Source of the DNA: the human T2T-CHM13v2.0 reference genome, Homo sapiens
Length of the DNA stretch: 64,000 bases
NCBI RefSeq assembly: GCF_009914755.1
Contig: NC_060926.1
Direction: 5' to 3' (one strand)
Positions 1 through 19,321 of the stretch are shown in pieces; the first letter of the stretch is position 1; each line of letters opens with the position of its first letter. The position numbers and the translations under genes were made by a program. Below the pieces are notes generated by a model. The model searched no databases. It saw only the letters and a program-made list of their open reading frames with translations, and was not told where the DNA came from.

Positions 1-757
1 AATCCTATCTCACTAGCCACATTTATGTTGCCATTCAGCAATAACAGAGAAGGTGATATTCAGAAGTATTAAAGAGTTGGACTCTGAAGCTTCCAGCAAG
101 ATGTGAATTTGCCATCATGGGCTTGTAATGAAAAAATATATAAAAGCTGCCCCCCAGCTAATGGGAAAATAAATTGGAATTGTATTGGGAAAGTACCCAA
201 AAGAACTGTCCTTAAATGAGAATTGGGTTTTTATTAGAAAAATCTGATAACAGTAAAAAAACAACATTAGCTCCCCCCATCATCTAGTGGTCTTCATGTG
301 TTACTGTTTCATCGCCCTCGTATAAAAGGACATTCCACTCGAGTATCTCTCAAATGTTTTCATAATTATGAAAGTATCTTCTGTCCAGCAACCTGAAATA
401 ATTTCTCATTTCAAATGAAAGCTTCAATCTTGCAATGAAAGTACATATGCCAATTTCTTCATCTTCCAAGCACTAAAGGAAAAGCCATCACCTTGGCCTC
501 TGCAGAGAAGAACAAATATTTGGGGAGCTTTTTCCTCATAGATTTTAGTACTTGCCACAGTCACTATTTGATTATACATCATATTCCTTTCCTGTTAAAT
601 ATTTTCTGAGTGCTTTCCTTGTGCTGGGCACCAGGCACTGTGTGGTGTCCACAGCTGAACACGGCTCTTCATTGTGTCTGGGGTGAACGGTAAGGGCAGG
701 TAGATACGCAAGAAATGAAGTTTATATGCAGATTTTTCTAATAAAAACAGAAAGGCA

Positions 758-1745
<988 letters not shown>

Positions 1746-1761
1746 TTTTAAGAAACATGGG

Positions 1762-2051
1762 GGCTGGGCACAGTGGCTCGTGCCTGTAAGCCCAGCACTT
1801 TGGGAACCTGAGGCAGGAGGATCACTTGAGCCCAGGAGTTCCAGACCAGTTTGGGCCATATAGGGAGACCCCCAACTTTATAAATATATATATATATATT
1901 AGCTGGACATGGTGGCACATGCCTGTGGTTCCAGCTACTTGGGAGGCTGAGGTGGAGGATTGCGTGAGCCCACGAGGTAGAGGCTGCAGTGAGCTGTGAT
2001 TGTGCCACTGCATTCCAACTCCAGCCTGGATGACAGAGCAAGACTTTGCCT

Positions 2052-2089
<38 letters not shown>
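1762..2089 (+). mobile_element. AluJ with (AT)n in the middle linker
   Basis: AluJ-type GGAGGATCACTTGAGCCCAGGAG; A-rich tail. Confidence 0.9.
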
Positions 2090-2229
2090 GGGGTCTGATG
2101 GATAAATCAAAAATCATGGTCTTTCCCATAACTGGCTGCATCCCACTGAGCATCCCTTTGTCTTGGCCAGCTTAGTATTCCTAACTACTCTCGACACCTC
2201 TGCTATTTTTCTATAATTATAGATAAGAC

Positions 2230-2485
2230 TGAAATAATAGTAAAAGCAGCTAGTATTCCCAAAGCATGTATACTCTACCAGGCATCACACTAAGAATATT
2301 AATACATATTAATTAATTTAATCTTCCCTACAGCCCTGAGAAGTTGGGACTCTCATTTTGCCTGTTTTACAGGTGAGGAAAATGAGGCAAGAGAAATTAA
2401 ATAACTTACCTAAGTTCACACAACTAGGAAGTAGCTGAGCTGGGAGTCAGCCCAGGAAATGTGCTGAAGTCTGTGCTCTTAATTA
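2230..2485 (-). mobile_element. MIR
   Basis: MIR core TTTTACAGGTGAGGAAAATGAGGC...AAATAACTTACCTAAGTTCACACA. Confidence 0.85.
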
Positions 2486-2527
2486 AGATCTTGGCCACCC
2501 TCCAACCACTGCAAAGGTAGAAAGGAA

Positions 2528-2831
<304 letters not shown>

Positions 2832-4641
2832 CTAGGAGTTTTACAGAAACTAAACAAAATTGTAGAAAGCTTTCGATATTAATTTTTTAATATGCCAGCT
2901 CCTTTTGGAGAGTGCCATGGACTAAATTCAACATCAGAGCTGAAAAATCTACCAGCACCATAAGCCTACGATTGAGGACTCAGACACAGGAAGGACCTTA
3001 AAGCATCTACAGTTAAGTGCCTTCTTTCACATAAAAAGAAACCACCATCCAGGCCAGCAGAGTGGCCTGGTCAAGGTTACGTCATGGCTGAGAGCCAGCA
3101 GAGACTGGAACTCAGTGTCCCAAGTTTTTCCACTGCACCCAAAGGGGCTGGAGGTAGAGGAGACAGGAAGAAGGGTGCGGTGAGGGAGGAAGGAAGCAGC
3201 TGAGGTGAGGCTGTGCCTAGAGCCCAGTACAGGGTGCAGGCTGCGTGGCACGGGCCTGCCCACAGGCTGCAGCCCATCTCAGGCCTCTTCTGAGAGGTGG
3301 CTCGGAATTTGCATGTTACCTTTCAGCCATTTCACATGACTCATTTCCTTTTTCTCTCCTCCTGTGTCTTACACTACCTATGCCCAGGACAAAGTGTTGA
3401 TGAGGCCTGACCCATTAGTGCTTAATTAATGTTTTAAAATTAACTAATGTATCTGTACATGAGCTAATGATCAAAGGAGAAATGGAGAGGAAAAATAATT
3501 CCCCAGATCTTGCCTAGATCTGCCAGGGAAGCGGGAAAATAGCTTCAGTAGAATCTTCTTGAATCTTGCAAAAGAAAAAGACACTGTCTGTAGCAGTAAC
3601 TTGAACTGTGCAATGTTCGTACTGATCTTTTTAAGATTTGTCCACTTCAACATTGAAGCTCCCAGCATATAAGTTGCAGTTGGTAACTTTCACCTTTTAA
3701 TGGCATTTCATCTTGTTGTCAACAGGGACGCAGTAATGTGAAAACACTGAACGTGTGTCTCTTGCAAAAACAACTTTCCATACACACAAAAACTTACTGT
3801 GCAAACATGGCTTCTCCCTAAATGGCCCTACACATAGGCCAAGAAACAAAAAGCACATTTTGCAAAATAACCACCTCTCCCAAAACTGTTACCGCTTTTT
3901 GGGTGGTGCTAAAACTTGTAAGCAGGAGAAGGAGAAGTTTTTACTATCCAAGGATCATCTTTTGCATTTGCCTTAAGTTAAATGACTTAAAGAGAATACA
4001 AACACATTTACTTTCAAAAATATACCTAGTTTTTGGCTTGAATTTTAGAGTATGCTGAATAGGCAGTTATTTACATGGATTTGATTAGGAACACTAGGGC
4101 AACCCCAGAAAAAAAGTTAGTTTTCTTGGGGATTCACTGATGTCTGAACCTTAGCATTTCGTTAGTGGCTTTGTTACTTCAGTGGAAGGATTTTCCATTT
4201 GTTCAAGAGTGAAGGCTCCTGGAAAGGAAGTTGCATTTCACCAGGGTTGATAAAGGCCTGTGGGTGCAGACAGGTCATCAAGACAAGTGAGGAGAGCCAG
4301 GGTAAGGACATTGCCAGCTTGAGCACAATGGCAAATGACAACTGAGTTTAGCCCCCAGGTCCGGCAGGCAGTAGGGAGTTGTGGAGGTGGGTCACGGATG
4401 AGCAGCTGCCACACAGCTCCGGCCAATTTCTCACCTCCTGGGATGGAAGCCCAGAGTAGTCGCATCTGCTTCTTTCAGAAGCAATTGAAGTTCTGAGCCT
4501 AATGTTGATTTTCCCAGTTTTAAAGTAGCTGGGGGACTATACAGAACATATTTTCTGGCCATATCTAGCGTGTGGGCCTCAGCTTCCAGTCTCTGTGAAA
4601 CCCTCTCAGTTATTGTTGTCTTTAATGTAACCAATGGGTAG

Positions 4642-4997
<356 letters not shown>

Positions 4998-5018
4998 TAA
5001 ATGAATATATGGTATATA

Positions 5019-5947
<929 letters not shown>

Positions 5948-7004
5948 TACTTTATGAATATATGTGTTGCATATTAATATGTTATACATTATATGCTGTA
6001 TCCATCAGCTATTCATATTATGGAATTGTAGAAGCCCAGTTTTGCATCTGTAAGATATTTTTATTTCATTTTATGTTTTTGTTTATCCCAACCACAAACT
6101 GAATGCATCTGTAAAATAAATATGACCTCAGCCACCTTGCAGAGCTATTGTGTTTGTGAAACGAATTCTTTTCCATTTGGATTGAATGCTCTAGGGGAGC
6201 TTCCTGAAACCTGGGTCCCTTTAGTTTTGATATTTCATGAAAAAGCTTGTTTTTAAAGCCAGAGTAAGGCAGATGGGAATGGGATTGGGAATTGATGAAC
6301 ATGGAGAAATTTTGGAGCAGCTACAGAAGGGAATGCTGGAGATTGGGCCTGTTTCCTTATCTTCAGCTCTTGTCTCTGGTTTTCATGACTGCGCTTTTGT
6401 GCATCTTGATGTAACGCCCCTCCTTTCCAGAAGTATTCACTCTTTAAGATGGAACAGATGATGAATGGGAAACAGTGCTGGTGGCAGGGAGGGGCCAGGG
6501 CAGGAAGTGGCCCTGGTCAGCTCGGGTAGGTGGCACCCCCCAATGTGCTTTGCAGCCTCGGGCGAGTGCAGTTGTCCTGCCTCCTGTGGTGTCTGCCTTA
6601 GCCCAGACCTGTTCAGACTCCGTAGAGATCGCATCATGCTCGGTTTAACAAAAGCAGTTTGCAATGTGTAAAACACAATTATAACTTTGTAAAAAGAAAA
6701 ATAGATGTCTGTAGGAATGAAAAACCTTCTGTGTGGAGTACCCCAAAACGTGGGTGGGAGGGAGCACAGTTTTTCCCAGAACGTATGAGCTCCCCAGGCT
6801 GATGTTCTTCTCAGTTTGGATTTCCCACCCCACTCAGCAGCCTTGAGCTCTGCTGGGTCCCTTGTGAAATCCTTTATGCTCGTGCTATGCTATGCTAAGC
6901 CAGCCGGTTTTTGGTATTTTAGAAGGAGACAGGAGAAATGAGACTTTGCTGGGCTGTGCCCCACCTAGTTTTGTTTTTTGTTGTTGAGTTTTGTTTTTCG
7001 TCTG

Positions 7005-7270
7005 TCAACCAGGATGGAGTGCAGTGGTGCCGTCACAGCTCACTGCAGCCTCAAACTCCTGGGCTCAAGCCATCCTCCTGCCTCAGATCTCGGGAAGGTG
7101 GGACTACAGGCAGGCACCACCACACTTGGCTAATTGTTTTTTATTTTTTGTAGAGATGGGGGGGTGGGTCTCCCTATGTTGCTCATGCTGGTCTCAAACT
7201 CCTGGGCTCAAGCAATCCTCCCACCTCAGCCTCCCAAAGCACTGAGATTACAGATGTGAGCCACCCGCCC
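7005..7270 (-). mobile_element. AluJ, diverged
   Basis: Antisense Alu body. Confidence 0.85.
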
Positions 7271-8377
7271 ACTCCTGGTTTTGAGGCTGCTGCCTCTTCC
7301 TTGTTTCCTCGGCAATCTATGCCTCCCTCTGGCCCTGCCATGTAGATGGAGCTGGAGGTCAGGTCCTAAGCCCGAGGCCCCTGTGCCCTCTTTCTCCATG
7401 AGTGTACTCATGCTGTCTACCCTGGCATGCCTCCACTCCCACCCCTGCCCTCATGCTACCATCCCGAATCACCGTCGCTTGCTGCAACTTTATTTGATTG
7501 TCCCACACTGTTAAGTGTGTAACATAGAACTAGCCCAGAGTGGGCTGTCTCTCAGTAAAAGAGAAGTGCCTTTCCCTTTTGAAACCAAACTCATCATCTT
7601 TCTCCAAAATACATCTTCTCCCCGCAACTTCCCCATTCCTTGTACAGCATCCTTTTGCTCACACATGACTGTGGCTCAAATCTCAGACTCAGCCTTTGCT
7701 CCCTGCCTCTCTCTCCCCCTACCCCTGTGCACTTCTGACTCAGCTGCCAACTCCCATCTGGCTGCCTGTTGTCAGCAGCCTTGAGTACATGCATCTTGTC
7801 TCATTTCTCCTGTCTCCTCATTAGCACTAAGCCTCATGACCTCAGCTGTCTGGTAAGTGTTGTGGAAGCCCTTGCAATCTAGCTTAGACATAAAAAGGGA
7901 GTACATCTGGGCACCGTGAGGGACAGAAACCAGGAACTGGAACCAAAAACCGGAGACTTTATTGGAGGGAAGGATTGGGAGGTGGGAGAAGGGGGGACAC
8001 TTGATCTTCTGTAAAGGAAGAGTCCCAAACCCCTCAGCCTGGCACTCAAAGCCTGCCCTGGCCGTGTGGTTTCCTACCTTACCAACAGCACCTCTTGAAC
8101 GTTTCTCCTCAAAAACACCATGAACATTCATGCTTCTTTTTCCTCATATCATTCAAAAAATATGATTTTAAATTATAAGGGGCCTTATGAAATAAAAATG
8201 TCTAAGAAAAGAAATATATCTCATTAAGATGAAGGCCTCATTTTCAGTAAGATGTAAGTAAAATAAAACTTACATCCTGACTTTTTAGAAAATGCTCTGT
8301 TATGTAACCTATAACTAGGTGGTATGGCATAGAAGTTTCTTCCACTATATATTGATGGAGTTTCAAAGATATGAAGG

Positions 8378-8650
8378 TGCTGTGGTCTGGATGTACCACC
8401 AAATTCTGGTGTTGAAATCCTAACCCTCAAAGAGGTGGGGCCTTTGGGAGGTGATTAGATCATGAGGGTGGATCCCTTAACTCTTCCATTATATGAGGAC
8501 AAACCAAAAAACTGAACCAAGTCTGAACTAGGAAGCTGGCCCTCACCAAGCACCGCACCTGCCAGCACCTTGGACTTCCCAGCCTCCAGAACGGTGAGAA
8601 ATAAATGTTGGTTATAAGCCATCCAGTCTTTGGTATTTTACTATAGCAGT
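8378..8650 (+). mobile_element. MaLR LTR (MLT1A-like)
   Basis: GTTGAAATCCTAACC...GGGGCCTTTGGGAGGTGATTAG...GACTTCCCAGCCTCCAGAACGGTGAGAAATAAATG. Confidence 0.8.
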
Positions 8651-8682
8651 TTTGGCATTTCCATTATGGCAGTCTTTGGTAT

Positions 8683-9450
8683 TGATACAGAAGGACTGGG
8701 CTCCCGACTAAACCCCACCCTTGAGCCTGGAACTGTGGCCCTAAGTGAAAACAGCTGACCCTGTTTTTCCACCCAAATGACGCCTTTTTGGCCTTCCATG
8801 CCCCATCCTGTGCCCATAAAAAGACTTCAGCTGGCAGAGCAACACAAGCGGCTGAGTGCTCGGGATACAAGCTGCTAAGCATCAGGGATTCAAGTGATTT
8901 AATGGCAAGCAGAGAAGCAACTGAGCATCAGAGACTATGGAAAGATATGGCTAACTTCAGCCGGTGCAGCTTTGGAGAGGGGTCTGGCTGGAAACAGCCA
9001 GGCTTCAGGGAAACATCACCTTCTTTGGGCACCATCCTCTTTCCAACTCCCTATCCCGCTGAGAGCCACTTCCATTGCCCAATAAAATCCTCCACATACA
9101 CTGCCTTTCAAGCCATTTGTGAGACCTGATTCTTCCTGGATGCCGGACAAGAACCTGGGTGCAGAGAGGGCAAGGGCTGCCATCCTCCACTGAGCTGGTT
9201 GGCACTTGGCTGTCCCAGGATGGCAGAGCTCAAAGAGCATTGGTTGGACACCGATGCAGGGCCTGCACAGAGCCTGCTCCCACCAGAGAGGAGTGATTGG
9301 CCAGTTCCAGCGTTGGTTCACTCTGGGGCCCGCACCTGCTCACTCGCATGCTCCCTCTTGCACGGGGATTGAGCACGGGGAGGCTGAGTAAATGAGCCAC
9401 ACCCCTATTGCAAGTCCTGAGATGGGGGTCAAGGGAATTATCCCATCTCA
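8683..9450 (+). mobile_element. ERV1 solo LTR (LTR27/LTR28-like)
   Basis: TGATACAG...TCCCATCTCA termini, TATA-like CATAAAAA near 8816, AATAAA near 9081; MaLR-derived sequence continues on both sides. Confidence 0.8.
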
Positions 9451-9576
9451 GCAGTTTATTATAGCCATCTTTGGTATTTTATTATAGTCGAGTGGATTAA
9501 CAGAGAAAGGAGCTCTCCAATGGGTATCTGTTGTTTTTTGTTTAATAAGCATTTTAGTGGCAGAAATAGATAGTTG

Positions 9577-10121
9577 TGTTGGGCTCAGAAATCAACATCC
9601 CCAAAGATGGTGTTTTGACCTGTTAAACTGGGATCTCTCTGACTCCCCCACCCCCACTGTCTCTCCCATGGAATCTGGAGTTCCTTTATCCACCTAAGAC
9701 CCAAACCCACCAAGGAGAAGAATTATTCTTGTTCCCTCCCTGTTGTCATTGTTTATTGCAGGAAAGAAGACCAAGATGTAAGCACACCTGAGCAGATCCT
9801 TTTCCAAGTATCCTGATGTCTCCAAGGGCTGTTCAGATTCCAAAGAGAACTATCTACAAGTTAATCTCTGTTACTGGAGTCATTCATTCTCCGTAGTAAT
9901 CTGCTCCACAGAATTCCTCTTCTCTTCCCTCCCATAACCTGTTTTACCAGGATCCAAGCCTCCATTCTTTCTGTAACCTCATTGGGAAGTTGGTTCTTCA
10001 TTTGGAAGGCTCCCATGTGTACATGTTAAATAAATATCTATGCCTTTTCTTCTGTTAATCAGTCTGCTTCAGTCAGTGATTTTTAGTGAAACTTTAGGGG
10101 GCCAAGGGCCTTGGTCCTCAT
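9577..10121 (+). mobile_element. ERV1 solo LTR (MER39/MER34-like)
   Basis: TGTTGGGCTCAGAAATCAACATCCCCAAAGATGG start; GTCAGTGATTTTTAGTGAAACTTTAGGGGGCCAAGGG end. Confidence 0.75.
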
Positions 10122-10189
10122 ATTTGCTTGTCCAATATCAATTCTTCACTCTTCTTTACTAATAGAATCCTGATTTGGGTGGGGGCAGG

Positions 10190-10515
10190 GGGGCACGACA
10201 ATGTACCCAACTAAATAAATACCTTTCCCAGTCTCTCTTGAAGATATGGGTGAAAATATGATAAAGTTCCTGTCATTGATAGTTAAGCAGAAGTTGTGAG
10301 GTGAGGCTTTTATCTTGGCCCTTCCTCCTTCCTGTTGTGTGGACAATGGACCTGATGTCTGGGGCTTTGGCAGTGATTTTATGACTATGAGGACAAAGAC
10401 CTCACCCTCCAGGGACAGTGGAGTTGAGAACCAGGAGGAGCCTGGGTTGCCAATGCTTTGAGAAGCTGCCACATCAGCCCTGAACTGCCTAACTCCAGAT
10501 TTCTTGTTATGTAAA
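10190..10515 (+). mobile_element. Old ERVL/MaLR LTR fragment (LTR16/MLT1-type)
   Basis: GGAGCCTGGG...CAGCCCTGAACTGCCTAACTCCAGATTTCTTGTTATGT. Confidence 0.55.
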
Positions 10516-10523
10516 GTCCCTAA

Positions 10524-10688
10524 TCAGTGGTTCCCAGTTTTCTCACCAGAGAAGCTCTAAAAATTATTGCTGCCTGGATCTCACCTCAAAAGGTTCTTAT
10601 GTAATTGATATGGGGTGTGGCCTAGACATTTGGTTTTTAATATCTTCCAGATGATTCTAGTATAAGTCCCTTTCGGCTAAGAACGGTT
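10524..10688. mobile_element. MER5-type hAT MITE
   Basis: CAGTGGTTC start; GGGGTGTGGCCTAGACATTTGG...CCAGATGATTCTA. Confidence 0.65.
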
Positions 10689-11198
10689 TGGCACCATGGG
10701 GTGTTAGCTGCTATGTTCTTTGTATTAATCTGCCTTGTCCTCTTCACTGCATGAATCAATTTCTTGGTTGCCGTCTCTGTTTCACTGTCATTTTCAGGAG
10801 ACTTCATTTAACTGGTCCTAGGGATTTTAAGTTACGCTTCCCCCGTGTGCCTCCTGATTTCCATCCAGTTACTTGTGAAACATTGGGGAAAAAAAGCACT
10901 GAAGGTTCTGTCTCTAAACTTGCTGATTGAGATTTGGTATTTAACCAAATCTAGCTTAAGCTAAGCGCAATAAGATTAGATAGATGTGATTGTGTTTTGT
11001 TGCTGCTATGCCCACTAGGTATGATTGAGAAGCACTAGGATGGAAATCAGGGGACTTTTCTCCTTGCTGTTTTGTTTCATTGTGCACACTAAACAAACAA
11101 ACACTTATTTCCTCTCTTGGATTCGGGCAAACTGTCTTTTCCTGTCTAATCCACGTGCCACTATTGCCCAGAACCTGTGTGCTCTGGTCATTCCCATC

Positions 11199-11560
11199 TT
11201 TATTAGTCTGTTCTCATATTGCCAATAAAGACATACCCAAGACTGGGTAATTTATAAAGGGAAGAGATTTAATTGACTCACGTTCCACATGGCTGAGGAG
11301 GTATCACAATCATGGCAGAAGACGAAGGAAGAGCAAAGTCACGTCTTACATGGCTGCAGACAAAGAGAGTGTGTGCAGGGGAACTCCTTTTTATAAAACC
11401 ATCAGATCTCATGAGACTTACTCACTATCACAAGAACAGCATAGGAAAGACCCACTCCATGATTCAGTTACCTCCACCAGGTCCCTCCCATGACATGTGG
11501 GAATTATGGGAGCTATAATTCAAGATGAGATTTGGGTGGGGACACAGCCAAACTATATCA
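11199..11560 (-). mobile_element. THE1 (MaLR) solo LTR inserted in the ERV leader
   Basis: Reverse complement starts TGATATAGTTTGGCTGTGTCCCCACCCAAATCTCATC; perfect 5-bp TSD CCATC (11194-11198, 11561-11565). Confidence 0.95.
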
Positions 11561-11809
11561 CCATCTACATCCTCTGCATTTCCTTTGCCTTATTTGACAT
11601 TTCTTTTGTTGGAGTCCATGTTGTGTATTATCTAAGATTCATGGCTCATCTCATTTTATTGTTCAGATAGTCTGAATAAGAGAATCCAATTTTTGGCAAA
11701 GATCCCCTCATTAATGTAGCTGGCCTTGAAAACTTATTTTATCCTTTTTAGTGAATGTGGCCAGTGACAATATAATCTCACAAGTTTTGCAATATCACCT
11801 GCCTCCTTC

Positions 11810-13378
11810 ATGGGAATCATGGCGTCAATCCCAAAAGACTCACCAGCAAGATGTATTCTTGAACATTGGGACCAGTTTAAACTAAATGGCCTTAAGAAGA
11901 GAAAACTGGTCTTTCTGTGTAATATGTTTGGCCTTGGTATTATTTAGAAAAACAAGAGAAATGGCCTCCTACTGGAACTGTGGCCTTTAATACTATACTT
12001 CAGCTCAATTTGTTTTGTAAGCAGGAAGGAAAATGGGATGAAATACCATATGTTCAAGTGTTTTACTGCTCAGTCAGAATAAAACCCTGCAGCAGACATG
12101 TGCATGTTTGATGGGAGAAAAGGAAGAAAAAGAACCAGACATACTAGGTGATCCCTTGGTACAGCCCCCACAGTTCAGTGGACATTTTTGGGTGGAGCAG
12201 AACCTCCTTCTGTCAGCTCTGAAGGTTCAGATGTGTCAGCCCTTTCTCCCTGTAGTCCACCTGAAAGTTCTATTGAGAACCCTTCATCCACTCCTCCTTA
12301 CCTGTCTAGTCCCACTCTATACTCACCACTCCCTGAGGAACTTAGCCCTGAAAGTACTACTTAGAGTGGAGCCTCTTATCAACCTCCAAAGGGAAATCTT
12401 TGGCCATTTACACAGGTTGCAAATGGGGAAGAAGTCACTGCAAGAATACATGTTCCCTTTTCTATGTCTGATTTGGCTCTATGTGAAGAGAAGTTTGGTC
12501 ATTTCTTTAAAGATCCAGGAAAATTCATAGATGAGTTTGAGAAATTAACTCCTACCCATAGTTTAACATTGCAGGATCTGCATGTTTTGTTTTCTCTGTG
12601 CTGTACAGTGGAAGAGAAACAACACATTTTGGGGACAACTAGGACCCATACAGATGAGGTATTGGCTCATAACCCTAACCATAATATGTATTAGGTAGGA
12701 GGTGTAACAGTTCCAGATCAAGATCCAGAATAGAACAATCAAAGGGGCAGTGAGGACTTGGAGAGGAGAGATTATATAGTCACTTGTTTGTTGGAAGGGA
12801 TGAAGAAATTTGTGAAAAAGCCTGTTAACTATTGAAGAGGTTAAAGAAATTTCTCAGGGTAAAGATGAGAATCCAGCTTTGTTTCAAGGGCATTTATTTG
12901 AGGCGATTAGGAAATATACTAACACTGATCCTGCCTCAAGGGAAGGACAGACCATTTTGGGAGTACATTTCATAATCCAGTCTACCCATGATATCTGTAG
13001 AAAACTACAAAAATCAACTCTGGGTCCCCAGACTCCTATGGAACAACTTTTGGATGTGGCATTTTTAGTTTTTAATAACAGGGAAAAACAGAGGAAACAG
13101 AAAGAACAAGAAGCACCTCCCGCAAGGTGCAGCTCTTCACTGCAGCCTTAAACTCTCCTCCCACATGGGGTTGCCCTCCTGACTCTTGGTCTGAACAAGG
13201 AAAGCAGAAAGATGAAAAGCCCAAAGCTGGGTATCCGCATCTCCGTGCCTTGGACATAAATCGGTGTACACACTATAAGAAAACTGGCCATTGGAAGGGG
13301 GACTGCCCAGCGCTCCAAAGGGGGCCATCAGCACCCAAATTAATGATGGCCGAAATAGCCAGGCAAGCCCAAGAGTGA
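11810..13378 (+). pseudogene. ERV gag pseudogene
   Basis: ATG 11810 MGIMASIPKDSPARCILEHWDQF; EGKWDEIPYVQ; capsid DPGKFIDEFEKL and EAIRKYTNTDP; degenerate knuckle CTHYKKTGHWKGDCP; TGA 13376-13378; frameshifted. Confidence 0.9.
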
Positions 13379-15468
<2,090 letters not shown>

Positions 15469-16199
15469 CTTTCCATTACGAATGGATGAAACCTAAGATT
15501 AGTTATTTAAGGTTTCTCAGATGGGAAACCTAGCTTCCTAGGGTGGCTTATTCTTGGAGACTCCAGACAGTGAATGTTTTACTAGGCTGTGTGTTCACTC
15601 CATTTGTTATTTTCTTAATTTGTTCATTTTTAAAGGCAAGTGATGCTATCAAACTTCATTCTATATGTCTATACTACTGATTTCTGTTGACTTACCCCCC
15701 ACTTCCCCCTATCTTCAATGGCTAGTTACTGTTTTAACCCCATACTGGGTTGTCTCTTTTATTCATTTACTCTTGCACCCTCCTCTATCATCACTGATGA
15801 AAATTTAAGCTATATTGGCCCAAGATCAGCCTTTGAAAACATTCTTTGTGTGTTCTCTCATGCCAACATCAGGACCGTATTTTTCTGGTTGTTGAGTGAT
15901 TTATGTGAGATGAGTTTAAACCTCTTGCTGAAGTTAAGATGTATCATGTAAATGACAACCTTTGATTTATCAAACTTAGTAATTAAAGTTTCCTAATGCA
16001 ACAGGATGTGCTCTTCCCATAGCCATACTGAAGAGTACTTCATGTTTATTCTTTGGAAGGGTTAAGCAGTGAGACAGCCACGGGTGCTCGGATCAGACAT
16101 TTTCGTTTGTGAGGGTTGGAGAATGATTTTCTCCTGTTTCTTATCATTAGCTACCTTGCGAACTCTCCTAAAGCTACTGAAATAATGGCAATGGTTTAG

Positions 16200-16900
16200 A
16201 CGCCCTGCATCTCCAGGGCTTGTGGTTTGTGCACATCTCTCGTCTAAATAAATATAAATATTTTCTCTGTTTCTATTTTATCTTCCCCAAATTCCTGGTT
16301 CTGGTGTTGCAACTTCATAAAACCCAGAGCCCACATGGCAGTACCAGCTGCTAGCCCAGGTCAAACTTGGGGAGGGCAGCTGCTTTCCAGGTGCACCCTG
16401 TGTGATCCTGACTTCCTCCTGACAGTGCCAGGAACGCCCGTGAACTGCTTTCGTGGTTGCATGTGAAAACTTTTGCATTTCTAGAAATCTCTTCTCCAGC
16501 AGGCTGGGCTATTGGCTGCTGTGGGATTGCTAGCTGGTCTAGACCCAGCCCCTCCTTCAGGCTTTTCCCACCCGCTGCTCCTCTCCTGGCCTTGGGCCTC
16601 ATGCCCGAGTCTCCAGCCGCCACCTTGCTGTTGCTTTACTGTTTCTCCGTGATGCTGTTTCTAGCTAGTTATAATTGGCAGGCAACCAGAAGCCTCATCT
16701 GCCAAGGGCGGAAGTCATGTCTGGAACAGGTTTCCCTCTTAAGACTGTGGGCTAACCCAGCATCTTGCCACTTTGTGTGGGACTTCCTCATTCTTAGTAC
16801 ATAACTGTGTTTGACCCTCAGGGATGACTAGTGTTTCCTGGCCTCGGTACAGTTGACTTCTCCAGAAACTATCTGGCTCACTCTCAATTTCCTGGAGCCG
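16200..16900. promoter_or_regulatory. Candidate enhancer (ETS/PU.1 plus RUNX motif cluster)
   Basis: Repeat-free block; TGTGGTTT 16221, ACTTCCTC 16411 and 16782, GGCGGAAGT 16707; motif evidence only. Confidence 0.35.
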
Positions 16901-17049
16901 TATATCCTAATTACAAAAATGGGAAAATCATACCTAGAGTCCCATAGAAAGAGAAATAGAACCCCCATATGTGCCTACAATTCATCCATTCTCAATTCAT
17001 TATTTTAAAAATGTAGCTGATGGTTTGGTTCTGAGACCAGACGGTACAA

Positions 17050-17920
<871 letters not shown>

Positions 17921-18877
17921 GTTATTTGTTAAAAGAAATTAGACCACAAAAAAAGCAAAAACACAAAGGCCTTGCCTATTTTTTTTCCCCCTGTTTTACC
18001 ACATCCTTTCTCACTGATGTAGAAAAAAAAGGAACTAATATTTATGGTGCCAAGAATGTAAATCCGTCCTGTAACTTGGAAGGTACATGTGTATCTTTCC
18101 CATTTTAAAGGTAATAAAGTCACCAAAGAAAAGGGTGGCAAAAATAAAATGTGAATGCAGGCCCATTGGCCCCAAAGGCATCTTCTTCTCACGTCTACAC
18201 TGTCCCACTCGTGATAGTTTTAAGTTGCATGTTATTCTGTACCTGGCCTTTTTAATTTTATCAAAATAAACTTCCCTTTGGTAACAAAGATATTCTACTT
18301 TCTGTAAAATTTTCATTCCAGCTAACTTTTGTTAGCTAAGATTTTGTCTAAGGAGTACCAATGCTTTGAATAATCATACTAAAAATATAGCCTAATTGGT
18401 CTGAATGAAATTGAACAACTGCAATTGTTCAAACAAGCTGGATGCAGCATTTTTGCACGTGCCTAGTCATTTTGCTACAGTAGTCATTGCAAACGAGTGC
18501 CTGAGACACAAATCTCAGAGAAGTCATGGTTTTGAGGGATCAACTTGGAGAAGCTGCCATCTCCTCCGTCCCTCTGAGAACATCCTCCTAGCTGGTGGCA
18601 TTAGCATTCTGCCTGCCCAGGTGAAGGCCTGGCAGGTTGTAGGAAGCCTCCCGTGGGAGCTGACCAGACCCTGAATACCCCTTCTGCATCACCCCAAATT
18701 GAATATGGTTATGCAAACAGCCTTTAACAATCCTTGTCATCTGGATCTGAGATACAACTTTAATGATTTCACATATGTCATCTTGCCACTTGCCTGCACC
18801 CATAGATCCCCTGCTGTTGTGTGACAGTGACCACTGTGCCGTGCTTGTCTGTTACCCTATGACCGAGGAGGAACTGA

Positions 18878-19317
<440 letters not shown>

Positions 19318-19321
19318 GGCT

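Noticed and set aside
8683-10121. Either LTR as the 5' LTR of the gag-pol fragment
   Set aside because: No PBS follows them and older elements lie between them and the internal region
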